NCBI GenBank assembly: GCA_963842525.1
Contig: CAWJGT010000027.1
Span: forward strand, 1 to 64,000
Reading direction: 5' to 3'
Source of the DNA: an uncultured Holophagales bacterium
GTDB taxonomy: Bacteria > Acidobacteriota > Thermoanaerobaculia > Multivoradales > UBA5704
DNA: 64,000 nucleotides
Below the pieces are notes generated by a model, which saw only the letters and a list, made by a program, of their open reading frames with translations, searched no databases and had not been told where the DNA came from. The position numbers and the translations under genes were made by a program. Shown in pieces: positions 47,969-60,077 of this stretch (position 1 is the first letter of the stretch; every line of letters begins with the position of its first letter).

Positions 47969-49240
47969 TCCCCTTCTGCCGGCCAGCCTCCTGGTCTGGG
48001 CCGTGGTGCTGCTGCTCCCGGCGGCCGTGCTCGCGTCGGTGCTCTCGGCGCTGCTCGAGCGGACCGGTCCGATCCGGCTCCGCCACTGGGTCGAGGAGGC
48101 GGGCGGCAACCTGCGCCGGCTCTACGACGCGCCGGTGCGGTTCGGCGTCTTCCGCTATCTGCTCTCGCTCCTGGGGCGAGTGACCCCTCTCTTGCTCTTC
48201 CTCGCCCTGACCGAGCTGCTGCGGGTCTGGGGCCGGGCCTGGCCGTCCCTCTGGGCGGCCCTGGTGACCATCGTGCTCATCGCCTGCATCGAAGTCTGCA
48301 ACCGGGTCCTGATCGCCCGCGGCCCCGAGCGGGCGCTGCGCCTCATGACCTGGCCCTACCGGGTCGCCCTGTCGTCCTCACGCCGCTGATCGCCGTCCTC
48401 GCTCCGCTGGTCCCCAAGGCCGGCCCGACCCGCGATGACGAGCACGAGGAAGACGCCACGGACGAGGAGATCGAGGCCTTCATCGACGTCGGCACCCGCG
48501 AAGGCATCCTGGAGCCGGAGCAGGGGGAGTGGGTCTGGAGCATCGTCGGCTTCCAGGACACGGCCGCACGCAGCGTCATGACGCCGCGCATCGACATGGT
48601 CTGCGCGCCGGTGGAGGCGAGCCTCGACGCCCTGGCCGAGCGCTTCATCGAGTCCGGCCACTCGCGCATCCCGCTCTACCAGGACTCGATCGACCACATC
48701 GTCGGCATTCTGCACATCCGCGACGTGCTGCGCGCCCTGCGCAGCCCCGAGCCGCCGCCGGCCCGCGAGCTGATCAAGCCGCCGCTCTTCATCCCCGAGA
48801 CCAAGCCGCTCGGCGAGCTGCTCAAGGAGCTCCAGGCACGTTTCCAGCAGGTGGCCATCGTGGTGGACGAGTACGGCGGCACCGCCGGCCTGGTCACCGT
48901 CGAGGACCTGATCGAGGAAATCGTCGGCGAGATCATGGACGAGCACGAGGCCCTGGTCGCGGAGCTCGAGCCGCTCGAGAACGGCGCCTACCGCCTGGAC
49001 GGCCGCGCCCACATCGAGCTGCTCGACGAGCTGTTCCACGTGAAGGTCGAGGACCCCGAGTACGAGACGGTGGCGGGCCTGATCTTCACCGCCCTCGGCC
49101 ACGTGCCGCAACCCGGCGAGACGGTCGACCGCTTCGGCCTGCGCTTCATCGTCGAGGCGGTCGCGGACCGCCGCATCCAGACCGTCCGGGTGGAGAGGGT
49201 GCCCGAGGGCTCGGAGCCGAGCGACGAGACGGAGGCCTGA
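47958..49240 (+). CDS. Hemolysin-family CBS/CorC domain protein (frameshift near 48370)
   Basis: TM N-terminus; [31 protein letters not shown]. Confidence 0.88.
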
Positions 49241-50151
49241 TGGCCGGCCGCGCGGGGACCGTAGCCTTCCTCGGCCGGCCGAACGCCGGCAAGTCGACGC
49301 TGATGAACCGCCTCCTGGGCGAGAAGGTGGCGATCGTCTCCGACAAGCCGCAGACCACGCGGCACCGCCTGGTGGGCATCCTCTCCGGGGTGCGCGGCCA
49401 ACTGGTCTTCTATGACACGCCGGGCATCCACAGGCCGCTGCACCGTCTCAACCGGCAGATGGTGCGCTATGCCCTGGACGCCCTGAACGACGCCGACGTG
49501 GCCTGCCTGCTGGTCGACGCCAGCCAGAAGTTCGGCTCGGGCGACGCCTACATGCTCGACCTCATCGGCAAGCTGGAGGACAAGGCCACCGAGCAGCGGG
49601 TCCTGGTCCTCAACAAGGTCGACCTCCTGCGGGATAAAAAACAGCTCCTGCCGCTCATGGAGCGGTATGGCCGAACCGGCCTCTTCGCCGAGATCGTGCC
49701 GGTCAGCGCGCGCACCGGCGACGGCTGCGACCGCCTGCTCGACGTCCTGTGGGACAAGCTGCCCGAGGGGCCGCCGCTCTACGACCCGGAGCTGCTCACC
49801 ATCCATCCCGAGCGCTTCCTGGCCGCCGAGCGCATCCGCGAAAAAGTCCTGGAGCTGACCAGCGAAGAGCTGCCGTACACCACCGCCGTGGTCCTCGACC
49901 GCTGGGAGGACGACGCGGAGAAGGGGCTGACCCTCATCTATGCCAGCATCCTCGTGGAGCGTCCCAGCCAGAAGAAGATCGTCGTCGGACGCCAGGGGCA
50001 GATGATCAAGAACATCGGCACCGCCGCCCGGCTCGACCTGGAAGAGTTCCTCGGCCACCGGGTCTACCTCGACCTCCACGTCCGCGTCGAGCCCGACTGG
50101 CGCGAGGACAAGGCGCTGCTGGCGAGTCTGGACAGGGATGTGGAGCTGTAA
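49240..50151 (+). CDS. era: GTPase Era
   Basis: GRPNAGKSTL, KPQTTR, DTPG, NKVD, KH domain. Confidence 0.96.
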   Translation: MAGRAGTVAFLGRPNAGKSTLMNRLLGEKVAIVSDKPQTTRHRLVGILSGVRGQLVFYDTPGIHRPLHRLNRQMVRYALDALNDADVACLLVDASQKFGSGDAYMLDLIGKLEDKATEQRVLVLNKVDLLRDKKQLLPLMERYGRTGLFAEIVPVSARTGDGCDRLLDVLWDKLPEGPPLYDPELLTIHPERFLAAERIREKVLELTSEELPYTTAVVLDRWEDDAEKGLTLIYASILVERPSQKKIVVGRQGQMIKNIGTAARLDLEEFLGHRVYLDLHVRVEPDWREDKALLASLDRDVEL

Positions 50152-50152
50152 A

Positions 50153-50361
50153 ACCTCACCCCCTGTCCCCCTCTCCCATCGCCCCCCCTGCCGCCGGGAG
50201 AGGGGGGACGTAGAGGAGCCGATATACGGCGAATCTGGCAGCATGCGATCCGGAAAGTTGGCGGAAGAGAAATCGGAACGACCTTGCCTCGAACGCTTCG
50301 CATGCGTCCCCCCTCTCCCGGTCGGTGGGGGGGCGATGGGAGAGGGGGACAGGGGGTGAGG
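50153..50361. repeat. REP-like family A inverted doublet
   Basis: cctcaccccctgtccccctctccc ... gggagagggggacagggggtgagg. Confidence 0.88.
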
Positions 50362-50392
50362 TTTGGCACGAGACGTGCGTCTCCAACCGGAT

Positions 50393-51097
50393 ATGATGAG
50401 CAACCACGAGGCGATGACCGACGACATCTCGGGCATCCAGACGACGCTGACCCTCGAGCTGCGGGGGGTGGAGGAGGGGCCGCCGGTCGACGGGGTCGAG
50501 GATCTGCGGCTGCATACGAACGCGGGCACGATCCTCTGCCTCTACCATCCGGTGGCGGAGGGGGATGCGGCGGTGCTCTGGATCGGCGGCGCCGAAGGCG
50601 GCCTCCACGGCCCGGCCCGCGGCCTCTATCCACGGCTTGCCGCGGAGCTCGCCCGCGAAGGGATCGCCTCGGTCCGCCTCCACTACCGCCACCCGAGCTT
50701 CCTCGAGCCGTGCGTGCTCGACACGCTCCTGGGCGCCGCCTTCATGGCGATGCGGGACCTCAAGCGGATCGCCGTGGTTGGCCACTCCTTCGGCGGCGCC
50801 GTGGCGATCAGCGCCGGTGCGATGAGCCCGGCCGTGCTCGGCGTCGCCGCACTGAGCAGCCAGATCTACGGCGCCGACAGCGTCTCCGAGCTGAGCCCGC
50901 GCTCCCTGCTGCTGATCCATGGCGAGGAGGACGAGGTCCTGCCGGACCTCTGCTCGCGGGACCTCTACCGCCGCGCCGAGGAGCCCAAGCAGTTGCTGCT
51001 CTATCCGCAGTGCGGGCATGGCCTCGACGAGTGCCGCAGCCGCCTCGACGGAGACCTCCTGCGCTGGGTGCGGCAGGTCCTGGGCCCGCCGCTTTGA
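50393..51097 (+). CDS. Alpha/beta hydrolase
   Basis: GHSFG nucleophile, HGEEDE, GH. Confidence 0.85.
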   Translation: MMSNHEAMTDDISGIQTTLTLELRGVEEGPPVDGVEDLRLHTNAGTILCLYHPVAEGDAAVLWIGGAEGGLHGPARGLYPRLAAELAREGIASVRLHYRHPSFLEPCVLDTLLGAAFMAMRDLKRIAVVGHSFGGAVAISAGAMSPAVLGVAALSSQIYGADSVSELSPRSLLLIHGEEDEVLPDLCSRDLYRRAEEPKQLLLYPQCGHGLDECRSRLDGDLLRWVRQVLGPPL

Positions 51098-51196
51098 TCG
51101 CAAGATTCTGCCGAAATATGCCACGATCCGGCCGCTGGACGCGAGATCGGGGTAATATGTGAACCGAACCGACGGCTGAGCGAAGGAGGGACAAAG

Positions 51197-51494
51197 ATGC
51201 GTGGAAAGGACAAGACGACCGCCGGCATCCTCGGAATTTTGCTTGGAGGGCTGGGGATCCATCACTTCTACCTGGGATCTACGGTCACCGGGATCATCGA
51301 GATCGTCCTGACGTGTGTGACCTGCGGCTTCGGCGCCCTCCTCGGCTTGGTCGAGGGCATCCTGCTGCTGGTCATGGACCAGAACGAGTTCGAACGCGCG
51401 CTACAACCAGCGGGCGCCGGAGTCGGTCGAGTTCGTCTTCATGAAGCCGAAGACGACAGTACCTCCGACTCCTCCAAGTCCTCCGGCCTACTAG
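51197..51494 (+). CDS. TM2-domain membrane protein (frameshift near 51395)
   Basis: KTTAGILGILLGGLGIHHFYLG. Confidence 0.82.
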
Positions 51495-51560
51495 ACTGCA
51501 CACTCCGCCGGAGTGCCGGGTGCTCCCCGGCGCTCCGGCCCCGCAGCACCACCGCCTGCC

Positions 51561-52322
51561 ATGGGACTCATCACCGCCGAGGCCCTGCTCCTCGACGTCA
51601 TGGACCTCCAGGACGGTGACCGGCTCGTCACCTTCCTCACCCGCGAGCACGGCAAGAAGAAGGGCGTGGCGCGCGGCGCCCGGGTGAAGCACAGCCGCTT
51701 CGGCGGCCAGCTCCAACCCCTGACCAAGGTGCAGATCACCTGGTTCGAGAGGGAGGGGAGAGAGCTCGGCCGCATCTCCTCCGTCGAGATGATCCGGGCG
51801 GCCCACCGCCTGCAGAGCGACCTCGAGGGCCTCCTGCTCGGCAGCTACCTGACCGACCACATCCTGGAGTTCGCCCAGGAGGGCGACCCTTCGGAGGTCC
51901 TCTACCGTCTCCTCGACTCCACCCTGGAGGCGCTGCTCGCGGGTGTGGACCGCGACCTCGCGGCCCGCTACTTCGAGGTCTGGGTCCTGCGGCTCGCGGG
52001 CGTCTTCCCGCCGCCCACCTCCTGCCCGTCCTGCGGCCGGCCCTTGGAGGGTTGGGCGACGCTGCCTCCCAGCGGCGAGACCCTGCTCTGTATGGACTGC
52101 GCAGGAGACGTCGGAGGAACAGCAGGCTTCATCGTCCGGTCGGAGACGCTGGACCTCCTGCGGCGGGTCGGACGGGAGAACCTGCCCAAGCTGGCCACGG
52201 TTCCGCCGTCGCCCGCCGCCCTGCGGCAGCTCGAGCAGCTCTCGGCCCGGGTCCGGCGCCACTTCCTCCAGCGCGAGCTGCGCAGCTACGACGTGATCCA
52301 GAAGACCCGGGCGAGCGTGTAG
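51561..52322 (+). CDS. recO: DNA repair protein RecO
   Basis: DRLVTFLTREHGK, CxxC..CxxC; position after era. Confidence 0.92.
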   Translation: MGLITAEALLLDVMDLQDGDRLVTFLTREHGKKKGVARGARVKHSRFGGQLQPLTKVQITWFEREGRELGRISSVEMIRAAHRLQSDLEGLLLGSYLTDHILEFAQEGDPSEVLYRLLDSTLEALLAGVDRDLAARYFEVWVLRLAGVFPPPTSCPSCGRPLEGWATLPPSGETLLCMDCAGDVGGTAGFIVRSETLDLLRRVGRENLPKLATVPPSPAALRQLEQLSARVRRHFLQRELRSYDVIQKTRASV

Positions 52323-52327
52323 GGGAC

Positions 52328-52483
52328 CCTCACCCCCCTGGCCCCCCTCTCCCATCCGCACTCCCACCCTCCGGGAGAGGGGGGAAGAAACCCGGCCTGA
52401 GAAGAGGGGATTTCCGGGAGAGTCTTTGCTCCCCTCTCCCGGTGGTCGGGGAGTGCGGATGGGAGAGGGGCCGGGGGTGAGGG
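52328..52483. repeat. REP-like family A inverted doublet
   Basis: ccctcacccccctggcccccctctccc ... gggagaggggccgggggtgaggg. Confidence 0.88.
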
Positions 52484-52508
52484 CCTCTACGATAGACTAC
52501 GCCCCGCC

Positions 52509-53430
<922 letters not shown>

Positions 53431-53444
<14 letters not shown>

Positions 53445-55543
53445 GTATCTTCTGGAAGTCCGCAGCGAAGAGATCCCGGCCCGTATGCTGGAGCCGGGCG
53501 TGCGCGAGCTCGCCACCCGCGTCTTCGAGGAGCTGATGGCCCGCGGCCTGGGCCCCAGCGAGGTCGAGACCGGTTACACACCCCGCCGGCTGCTCCTCCG
53601 TCTGGTGGGTCTGCCGGAGCGGGAGCCCGACCGCGAAGAGCAGGTGATGGGCCCGCCCGTGCGCGCGGCCTTCGCCGCCGACGGCGCGCCCACCCCGGCG
53701 CTCCTCGGCTTCGCCAAGCGCTGCGGCGTCGAGCCGGACGCGCTCTCCCGCGTCACCACCGACAAGGGCGAATACCTGGCCGCGGTCAAGAAGACCGAAG
53801 GGCGCCCCATTCCCGAGGTGCTGGCCGAGATCGTGCCGCGCGTGCTCGCCGGCATCTCCTGGGCCAAGACCATGCGGTGGGGGAGCGGAGAAGGCCCGTG
53901 GGTGCGGCCGGTGCACGGCGTCGTCTCGCTGTTCGACGGCCAGGTCGTGCCCTTCCAGCTCTATGGCACCGCGGCGGGTGACGAGACGATCGGGCATCCC
54001 ATCCTCTCGCCGCAGCCCTTTCGGGTGACTGGCGGCGAGGACTACCACCGCGAGCTGGCGGCGCGCCACATCGAAGCCCGTCCGCAGGAACGCCGGCGCA
54101 TCCTGCTCGAAACCATGCAGTCGCGCGCCGAAGCCCTCGGCGGCCGGCTGGTGGACGACCCGGCCCTGCTCGACAAGCTGGCCGCCATCTGCGAGATCCC
54201 CGGCGTCATGGAAGGAAAATTTGACGAAACCTTCCTCGATCTGCCGGCCGAGGTCCTCGCGACCAGCCTGCGCGACCACCAGAGCGCCTTCACCGTGGAA
54301 TCAGCCGCGAACGGCTCCGGCAAGCTCCTCCCGTATTTCCTCACCGTCATGGACCGGCCGGACGATCCCAAGGGGCGTGCCCGGTCGGGCAACGAGTGGG
54401 TCGTCGCGGCACGCCTGGCCGACGCGCGTTTCTTCTACGGCGAGGACCGGCGAATGGGCCTGGAGGCGCGAGCCCAGCAGCTCCACCGGCTCACCTTCCA
54501 GGAGCGCCTTGGCAGCTACGCCGAGAAGTCGGAGCGCCTCGCCGCCCTGGCCGGCATCCTCTGCGACCAGCTCGGCTGGGACGAGGAGAAGGAGCCGGCC
54601 GTCGAGGCCGCGCGCCTGCTCAAGGCGGACCTGCCGACCGAGATGGTCAAGGAGTTCACCTCGCTCCAGGGCATCATGGGAGGGATCTACGCCCGCGAGG
54701 AAGGCCGGCCCGAGGAGATCTGGCAGGCCATCTACGACCAGTACCTGCCCGCTTCGACCGAAGACAGCATCCCCCGTGGCCGTGTCGGGCAGGTCGCCGG
54801 TCTCGCCGACCGTCTGGACACCCTGGTCGGCATCTTCGGCCTCGGCCTGATCCCCACCGGCAGCAAGGACCCGTTCGGCCTGCGCCGCGCTGCGCAGGGA
54901 GCGGTCCGGATCGCCCTGGAAGGAGGGCTGCCGCTCGATTTCGAGAAAGCCGCCGCCGAGGCCGCACGCCTCTATGGCAATCGCCTGACCCGGAGCGCCG
55001 AGCAGATCCTCGACGACCTCCGTCCCTTCCTCTTCGACCGCATCCGCTACCTCCTCGGCCTCGCCGGTTATGCCTACGACGAGATCGAGGCCGCGCTGGC
55101 CATGGGTGTGACCCACTTGCCTGATCTGAGATCCCGGGTCGATGCCCTTCACAAAGTGCGTGAGTCCGCGGACTTCCTCTCCGTAGTCCTGGCCGCCAAG
55201 CGCATCGCCAACATCACCAAGGACGCCGCCGAGCAGCCGCTCGCCGAAGACCTCTCTCGCCGAGCCCGCAGAGAAGGATCTCCACATCGCCTTCCAGGGC
55301 CTGCGCACCGAAGTGGAAGAGGCGGCCGCGTCCGGCGACTACGAGCGCTGTCTGCGGCGCATCGCCGGCCTCGCCCCGGTCCTCGACCGCTTCTTCGTCG
55401 AGGTTCTGGTCATGGCCGAAAACCCGAAGGTGCGCCAGAATCGGATCGCGCTCCTCCAGTCGATCGGCAAGACCGTCAACCGCACGGCGCGCATCACCGA
55501 GGTGGTGGTTGACAAGGCGGAGGCGCGGGCGAAGACGGGGTAG
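53431..55543 (+). CDS. glyS: Glycine-tRNA ligase beta subunit (frameshift near 55255)
   Basis: [35 protein letters not shown]; C-terminus continues in ORF 55313..55543. Confidence 0.95.
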
Positions 55544-55552
55544 AATGGCGTT

Positions 55553-55765
55553 ATGAGCCCGACCGCAGTCCTCCGCCGCGCAAAAAAGCGACTTGAAACC
55601 CTCTCGGAAGAGCGCCTGCGAGTGGCCGATGATTTCCTGGCGTATCTGGAGGAACGGGAAGCCAGCGAGGCCACCGCGGAGCTGCTTCGCATCCCCAACT
55701 TCTTGGGGGATCTGAAGCGAGCAGAGCAGGAGTTCGAGGCCGGCCTCCTCACTCCTCACTCCTGA
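55553..55765 (+). CDS. Small antitoxin-like protein
   Basis: LSEERL..DFLAYL..EATAELL; TAGAAT just upstream. Confidence 0.6.
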   Translation: MSPTAVLRRAKKRLETLSEERLRVADDFLAYLEEREASEATAELLRIPNFLGDLKRAEQEFEAGLLTPHS

Positions 55766-55787
55766 GTAACATCCTGGAGGCTCGACC

Positions 55788-56039
55788 ATGGGTGTCATCC
55801 ACATCGACCTACCCGAGAGCGTACTGTTGTCGACCGGCCAATCGGAGGAGGAGTTCGTCAAGGAAGCAAAGTTCCTTCTGGCTCTCAAGCTCTTCGAGCG
55901 GGGGCGGATCTCCTCGGGTAGAGCGGCGGAGATCTGTGGAATGCCCCGGCTCGACTTTCTTCTCCTGGCCGGGCGGTCGGGTGTCCCGGCCGCTGACCTG
56001 GACCCGAGCGAGTGGGACCGGGAATTCGCGGATGACTAG
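55788..56039 (+). CDS. UPF0175-family antitoxin
   Basis: ALKLFERGRISSGRAAEICGM..DF. Confidence 0.85.
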   Translation: MGVIHIDLPESVLLSTGQSEEEFVKEAKFLLALKLFERGRISSGRAAEICGMPRLDFLLLAGRSGVPAADLDPSEWDREFADD

Positions 56040-56061
56040 GGGCCGATCGTCTGCAACGCCA

Positions 56062-56297
56062 GCCCCAGAGGGGCCTATGGCATGTAGCCCGGGGTCAGAG
56101 CGACGAAGGAGCGGCGACCCCGGGTGCAAGGAGAAAAATATTTTCAAGCCCCGGCAGGGGCGGCAGCAGATTTGGCAGGGCACGGGTTTGCTGCCGCCCC
56201 TCTGGGGCTTGGAAACGAAATCGGTCTCCCTTACCCGGGGTCGCCGCTCCTTCGTCGCTCTGACCCCGGGCTACACGCCTGAGCCTCTCCGAGGCTC
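56062..56297. repeat. REPIN-like inverted doublet
   Basis: GTAGCCCGGGGTCAGAGCGACGAAGGAGCGGCGACCCCGGGT and its exact reverse complement. Confidence 0.88.
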
Positions 56298-56341
56298 TTC
56301 TTTTGGAACAACCGGGTACAGGCATGGGCTCAGGAAAGACG

Positions 56342-56686
56342 ATGAATGAGGATCGGGAGGTCCCGGCAGACCCCCTGAGGTTCATTCAAGAGTGCGTCAG
56401 ACAGCGCCGCATTTTTTGGACGTATCACGTCAATTTGCGGCTCGAGCACAGATTCATTCCCAGGGCGGAGATTTTGGACGCGGTTGACAGCTACGAAGTC
56501 GTGGAAGCCTATCCGGACGACAAGTATCTCCCGAGCTACTTGATCGTTGGAAGAGGTCCTTTGGCCTACTTTCACGCGCTCTTCGCGGCTGACGTCAAAG
56601 AAGACAACGCCAGGATCGTTACGGCCTATCGTCCCAATCTGGAGGAGTGGGCACCTGATCTGAAAACAAGGAGGTCTGGCCGATGA
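56342..56686 (+). CDS. DUF4258-domain putative toxin
   Basis: WTYH..R..EAYPDDKYLPSYL..IVTAYRP..W. Confidence 0.85.
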   Translation: MNEDREVPADPLRFIQECVRQRRIFWTYHVNLRLEHRFIPRAEILDAVDSYEVVEAYPDDKYLPSYLIVGRGPLAYFHALFAADVKEDNARIVTAYRPNLEEWAPDLKTRRSGR

Positions 56687-56904
56687 AATGCCGTGTTTGC
56701 GGTTCCGAGATGGAAGGCATCCGAACTGCTCTCCCCTTCAAGGTGAGTGATACAACGATTGTCGTCCTGCGCAACCTGCCCGTGCTGCAGTGTAGGGGTT
56801 GTGGCGAATATCTGTTCGAGGATCGCGTCTTTGCTGAGATTGAGGAGATCCTCTCGCGGGTTGATAGCTCGGCTGAGCTGGAAGTGATCCGCTACGCCGC
56901 CTGA
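56683..56904 (+). CDS. YgiT-type zinc-finger (MqsA-like) antitoxin
   Basis: MKCRVCG..LPVLQCRGCGE. Confidence 0.85.
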   Translation: MKCRVCGSEMEGIRTALPFKVSDTTIVVLRNLPVLQCRGCGEYLFEDRVFAEIEEILSRVDSSAELEVIRYAA

Positions 56905-57215
56905 CGCGCGGGAAGACGCGCCTGCAGTCCGTTCAAGCCGATGGCACGTGCAAAGAAAGCTGTACATACAGATTTGCGTCCGGGCTGGTCCAGCCTTGCA
57001 GACCAAATCCTGACCCTCCGTCCGACCGGCCCCGAGGGCTTTGAACACCCGAGGGCGTCTCCAAAGCCCCAGCCACCCCCAACGCCCCGGCCAACACGCG
57101 CCCTCCCCCGACGCCGGCCACCCCAGCCTGGACCTGCCCTGGCCGTGAACCGAAGGCGACGCCAGGATCGCAGTGGTCCGGGCGCGAGGTCGAGACCGTT
57201 GTGGTGACGGGGAGA

Positions 57216-57278
57216 GAGAGACGCCCTGACCGCGGTGGTGGCTGGGAGGGCGGTGGGAACGGACCAGGGCGTCTCTAC
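57216..57278. repeat. GTAGAGACGCCC-type REP pair
   Basis: gagagacgccctg ... cagggcgtctctac; related half-sites near 25122, 35716 and 35879. Confidence 0.6.
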
Positions 57279-57346
57279 GGTGGCTCGTCGTCCGGGTTTT
57301 GCTGGCATTAAAATTAAAGGCCGCGACTCCAGGATAGAGTCGCTCC

Positions 57347-57895
57347 ATGCCCTCCGCCTTCACCCATCTGCTGGTCGGCGCCGCCACGGCACAGATGCTC
57401 CCGCCGGAGCTGCCGCGTCGTCGTCTCGCCGTTGTCCTCGCTCTGGCTGCTGCCGCGCCCGATCTCGATGTCGCCGCCTTCGCGGTCGGCATCCCCTACG
57501 CGCACCCTCTGGGGCATCGGGGCTTTTCGCATTCGCTGCTCTTTGCGGCTCTCTTCGGTGCAGCCCTGGGCACGTCCACCCTGGGTGACCGGAACCGGAA
57601 GCACTTCCTCGCGGTCCTGCTCGCCGGCTTTGTCGCGGTGGCCAGTCACGGCTTTCTCGACGCAGCCACGGATGCGGGCCTCGGCATCGGCTTCTTCATT
57701 CCCTTCGACAACGACCGCTACTTCCTGCCGTTCCGGCCGATCGAGACCTCCTCGACCAACCCGGCAGCCTTCTTCTCCCGGCGCGGATGGGAGATCCTGA
57801 AGTCCGAGATCGTCTGGGTCTGGCTGCCGCTCGCAGCGCTGACCGCTGGATGCCAACTGGCCGAGAGCCTCAGGCGCAGACGAGCTGGGAGCTGA
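57347..57895 (+). CDS. Membrane metal-dependent hydrolase (YdjM-like)
   Basis: FTH, PDLD, HRGFSHS, SHGFLD. Confidence 0.88.
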   Translation: MPSAFTHLLVGAATAQMLPPELPRRRLAVVLALAAAAPDLDVAAFAVGIPYAHPLGHRGFSHSLLFAALFGAALGTSTLGDRNRKHFLAVLLAGFVAVASHGFLDAATDAGLGIGFFIPFDNDRYFLPFRPIETSSTNPAAFFSRRGWEILKSEIVWVWLPLAALTAGCQLAESLRRRRAGS

Positions 57896-57951
57896 CGTGC
57901 GTGGTGGGGACCCGGCCGGGGGGCCAGGGGGTGAGGTACCATGCCCCCGCC

Positions 57952-59258
57952 ATGGACATCCAACACCTCTCTCCCGCAGGGCTCTGCGACCTGCTGGCCC
58001 GGGAAGGCATCCGCCGCTTCTATCTAGTCTGGGATGAGGAGGCCGGCCGCGTGCGCGCCTCGCACCCCGTGCTCGTGCCGCTGGCCCGCCTCCTGGAGAA
58101 GGACCGCCGCGACTTCGACCGCCACGAAGGGGTGTTCGTCCAGGTGGCTCCCGACACCGGGGTCCTTCAGGGTGCCTTCGTCCATCGTACCTGCCGCGGA
58201 CAAGGGGCCGGCGGCGCCCGGTTCTGGCGCTACGACACGGTGGAGGCCTTCCTCCGCGACGGCCTGCGCCTTGCCCAGGGCATGACCCACAAGAACGCCC
58301 TCGCCGGCCTCTGGTGGGGAGGCGGCAAGGGGGTGATGGCCCGCGGCACGGGACGGGCCGAGAATCCGGCGGCCCGGCGGCGGATCTACGAGGAATACGG
58401 CGAGCTGATGACCAGCCTCCAGGGGTGCTATGTCACCGCCGAAGACGTCGGCACGTCGGTCGAGGACATGACCGCTGTCTTCTCCCGCACCCGCTTCACC
58501 ACCTGCATCCCGCCCGCGCTGGGAGGCAGCGGCAATCCTTCGGTGCCCACGGCCCGCGGCGTCGTGCGGGGGATGGAGGCGGCCCTGGTCCATCTCGACA
58601 GAGGCAACCTTGCTGGCAAGACGGTCGCGGTCCAGGGGCTCGGGCACGTGGGCGAGCCGCTGATCGGCTTCCTACACGAGAAGGGCGTCCGGCGGGTGAT
58701 CGGCTCAGACATCGACCCGTCCCGCCGCCAGTTGATGGGATGCTTTCCAGGCCTCGATCTCGAGGTCCGGATCGTGGAGAGGGGGGATAACTCGATCCTG
58801 GCCGAGCCCGCCGACATCGTAGCTCCCTGCGCGACCGGAGGGACTCTCAATCCGCGTACCATCCCCACGATCCAGGCGCCGATCATCTGCGGCGCGGCGA
58901 ACAACCAGCTCGAAGACCCTGAGCGGGACGACCTGCTGCTCCGAGGAGAGCGGCATCCTCTACCTGCCCGACTTCCTGGTCAACCGCATGGGGATCGTCA
59001 ACTGCGCCGACGAGCAGTACGGCTACGTCGACCCCGACCCGCGCATCGAAGCCCATCTCGGGGACGACTGGGACAACAGCATCTACAACCTCGCGCTCCA
59101 GGTCCTGGAGGAGGCCAGCCGTACCGGCGTGACCCCGGCCCGCGTCGCCCTTGAGTCTGGCCGAGCGCCGCTCCCGCGAGCTCCACCCGGTCTGGGGCCA
59201 CCGGAGCGCTCAGATCATCCGCTCGCTGGTGCAGAAGGGTTGGGAGAGGACGGCTTGA
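57952..59258 (+). CDS. Glu/Leu/Phe/Val dehydrogenase (frameshifted near 58945 and 59155)
   Basis: GMTHKNA, GGGKG, TAEDVG, QGLGHVG, GAANNQL. Confidence 0.9.
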
Positions 59259-59320
59259 CGCCCGGCTCCGACTTCGCATAGCTTTTTCGAAAGCTTCATC
59301 CCAATCCAAGGAGGCGAGCA

Positions 59321-60070
59321 ATGCGTCGCGCGTGGTGGATTTGTCTCCTCGTACTCGTGCTGACTCCTGGGCCGGCTCCGGCCCAGGAAACCGCCCTCCC
59401 GGCGGATCTCTGCCTGGAGGACGAAATAGCGGCCGAGCTGCCGAAGCTCCCGCTCCCAGATCTGCTCGAGACCCCAGAGCCTCTCTTCCTCCAGTCGGCC
59501 TGTGGCTCGACCACCTGTCGGGCCGGCCAGACATGCCTCACCTGCGGAACGCGGCGAGGCTGCCAACCGCAAGGCTCTTCCTGCTGCGGCTCGAGCTTCT
59601 GTTCTCCGGGTCATGGGTGCCTCACTTGTGGAACCCAACGGAGCTGCCAGCCGCAGGGCTCGTCCTGCTGCGGCTCGAGCTTCTGTTCTCCGAGTCATGG
59701 GTGCCTCACCTGTGGAACCCAGCGGAGCTGCCAGCCGCAGGGCTCGTCCTGCTGTGGCTCGAGCTTCTGTGCTCCGGGCAAGGCGTGCCTCACCTGTGGA
59801 ACCCAGCGGAGCTGCCAGCCGCAAGGCTCGTCCTGCTGTGGCTCGAGTTTCTGTGCTCCGGGTCATGGGTGCCTCACCTGTGGAACCCAACGGAGCTGCC
59901 AGCCGCAGGGCTCGTCCTGCTGTGGCTCGAGCTTCTGTGCTCCGGGCAAGGCGTGCCTCACCTGTGGAACCCAACGGAGCTGCCAACCGCAGGGCTCGTC
60001 CTGCTGTGGCTCGAGCTTCTGTGCTCCGGGTCAGATGTGTGACTCCCGAAGGCGGTGCGTGCCCCGCTGA
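59321..60070 (+). CDS. Secreted Cys-rich tandem-repeat protein
   Basis: AAGGAGG RBS; signal peptide; acidic pro-segment; six 28-aa (84-bp) repeats. Confidence 0.85.
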   Translation: MRRAWWICLLVLVLTPGPAPAQETALPADLCLEDEIAAELPKLPLPDLLETPEPLFLQSACGSTTCRAGQTCLTCGTRRGCQPQGSSCCGSSFCSPGHGCLTCGTQRSCQPQGSSCCGSSFCSPSHGCLTCGTQRSCQPQGSSCCGSSFCAPGKACLTCGTQRSCQPQGSSCCGSSFCAPGHGCLTCGTQRSCQPQGSSCCGSSFCAPGKACLTCGTQRSCQPQGSSCCGSSFCAPGQMCDSRRRCVPR

Positions 60071-60077
60071 CGCGGCG

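Noticed and set aside
48529-49239. N-terminal extension of Era
   Set aside because: Off-frame overlap with the CBS gene; Era has its own RBS and ATG at 49240
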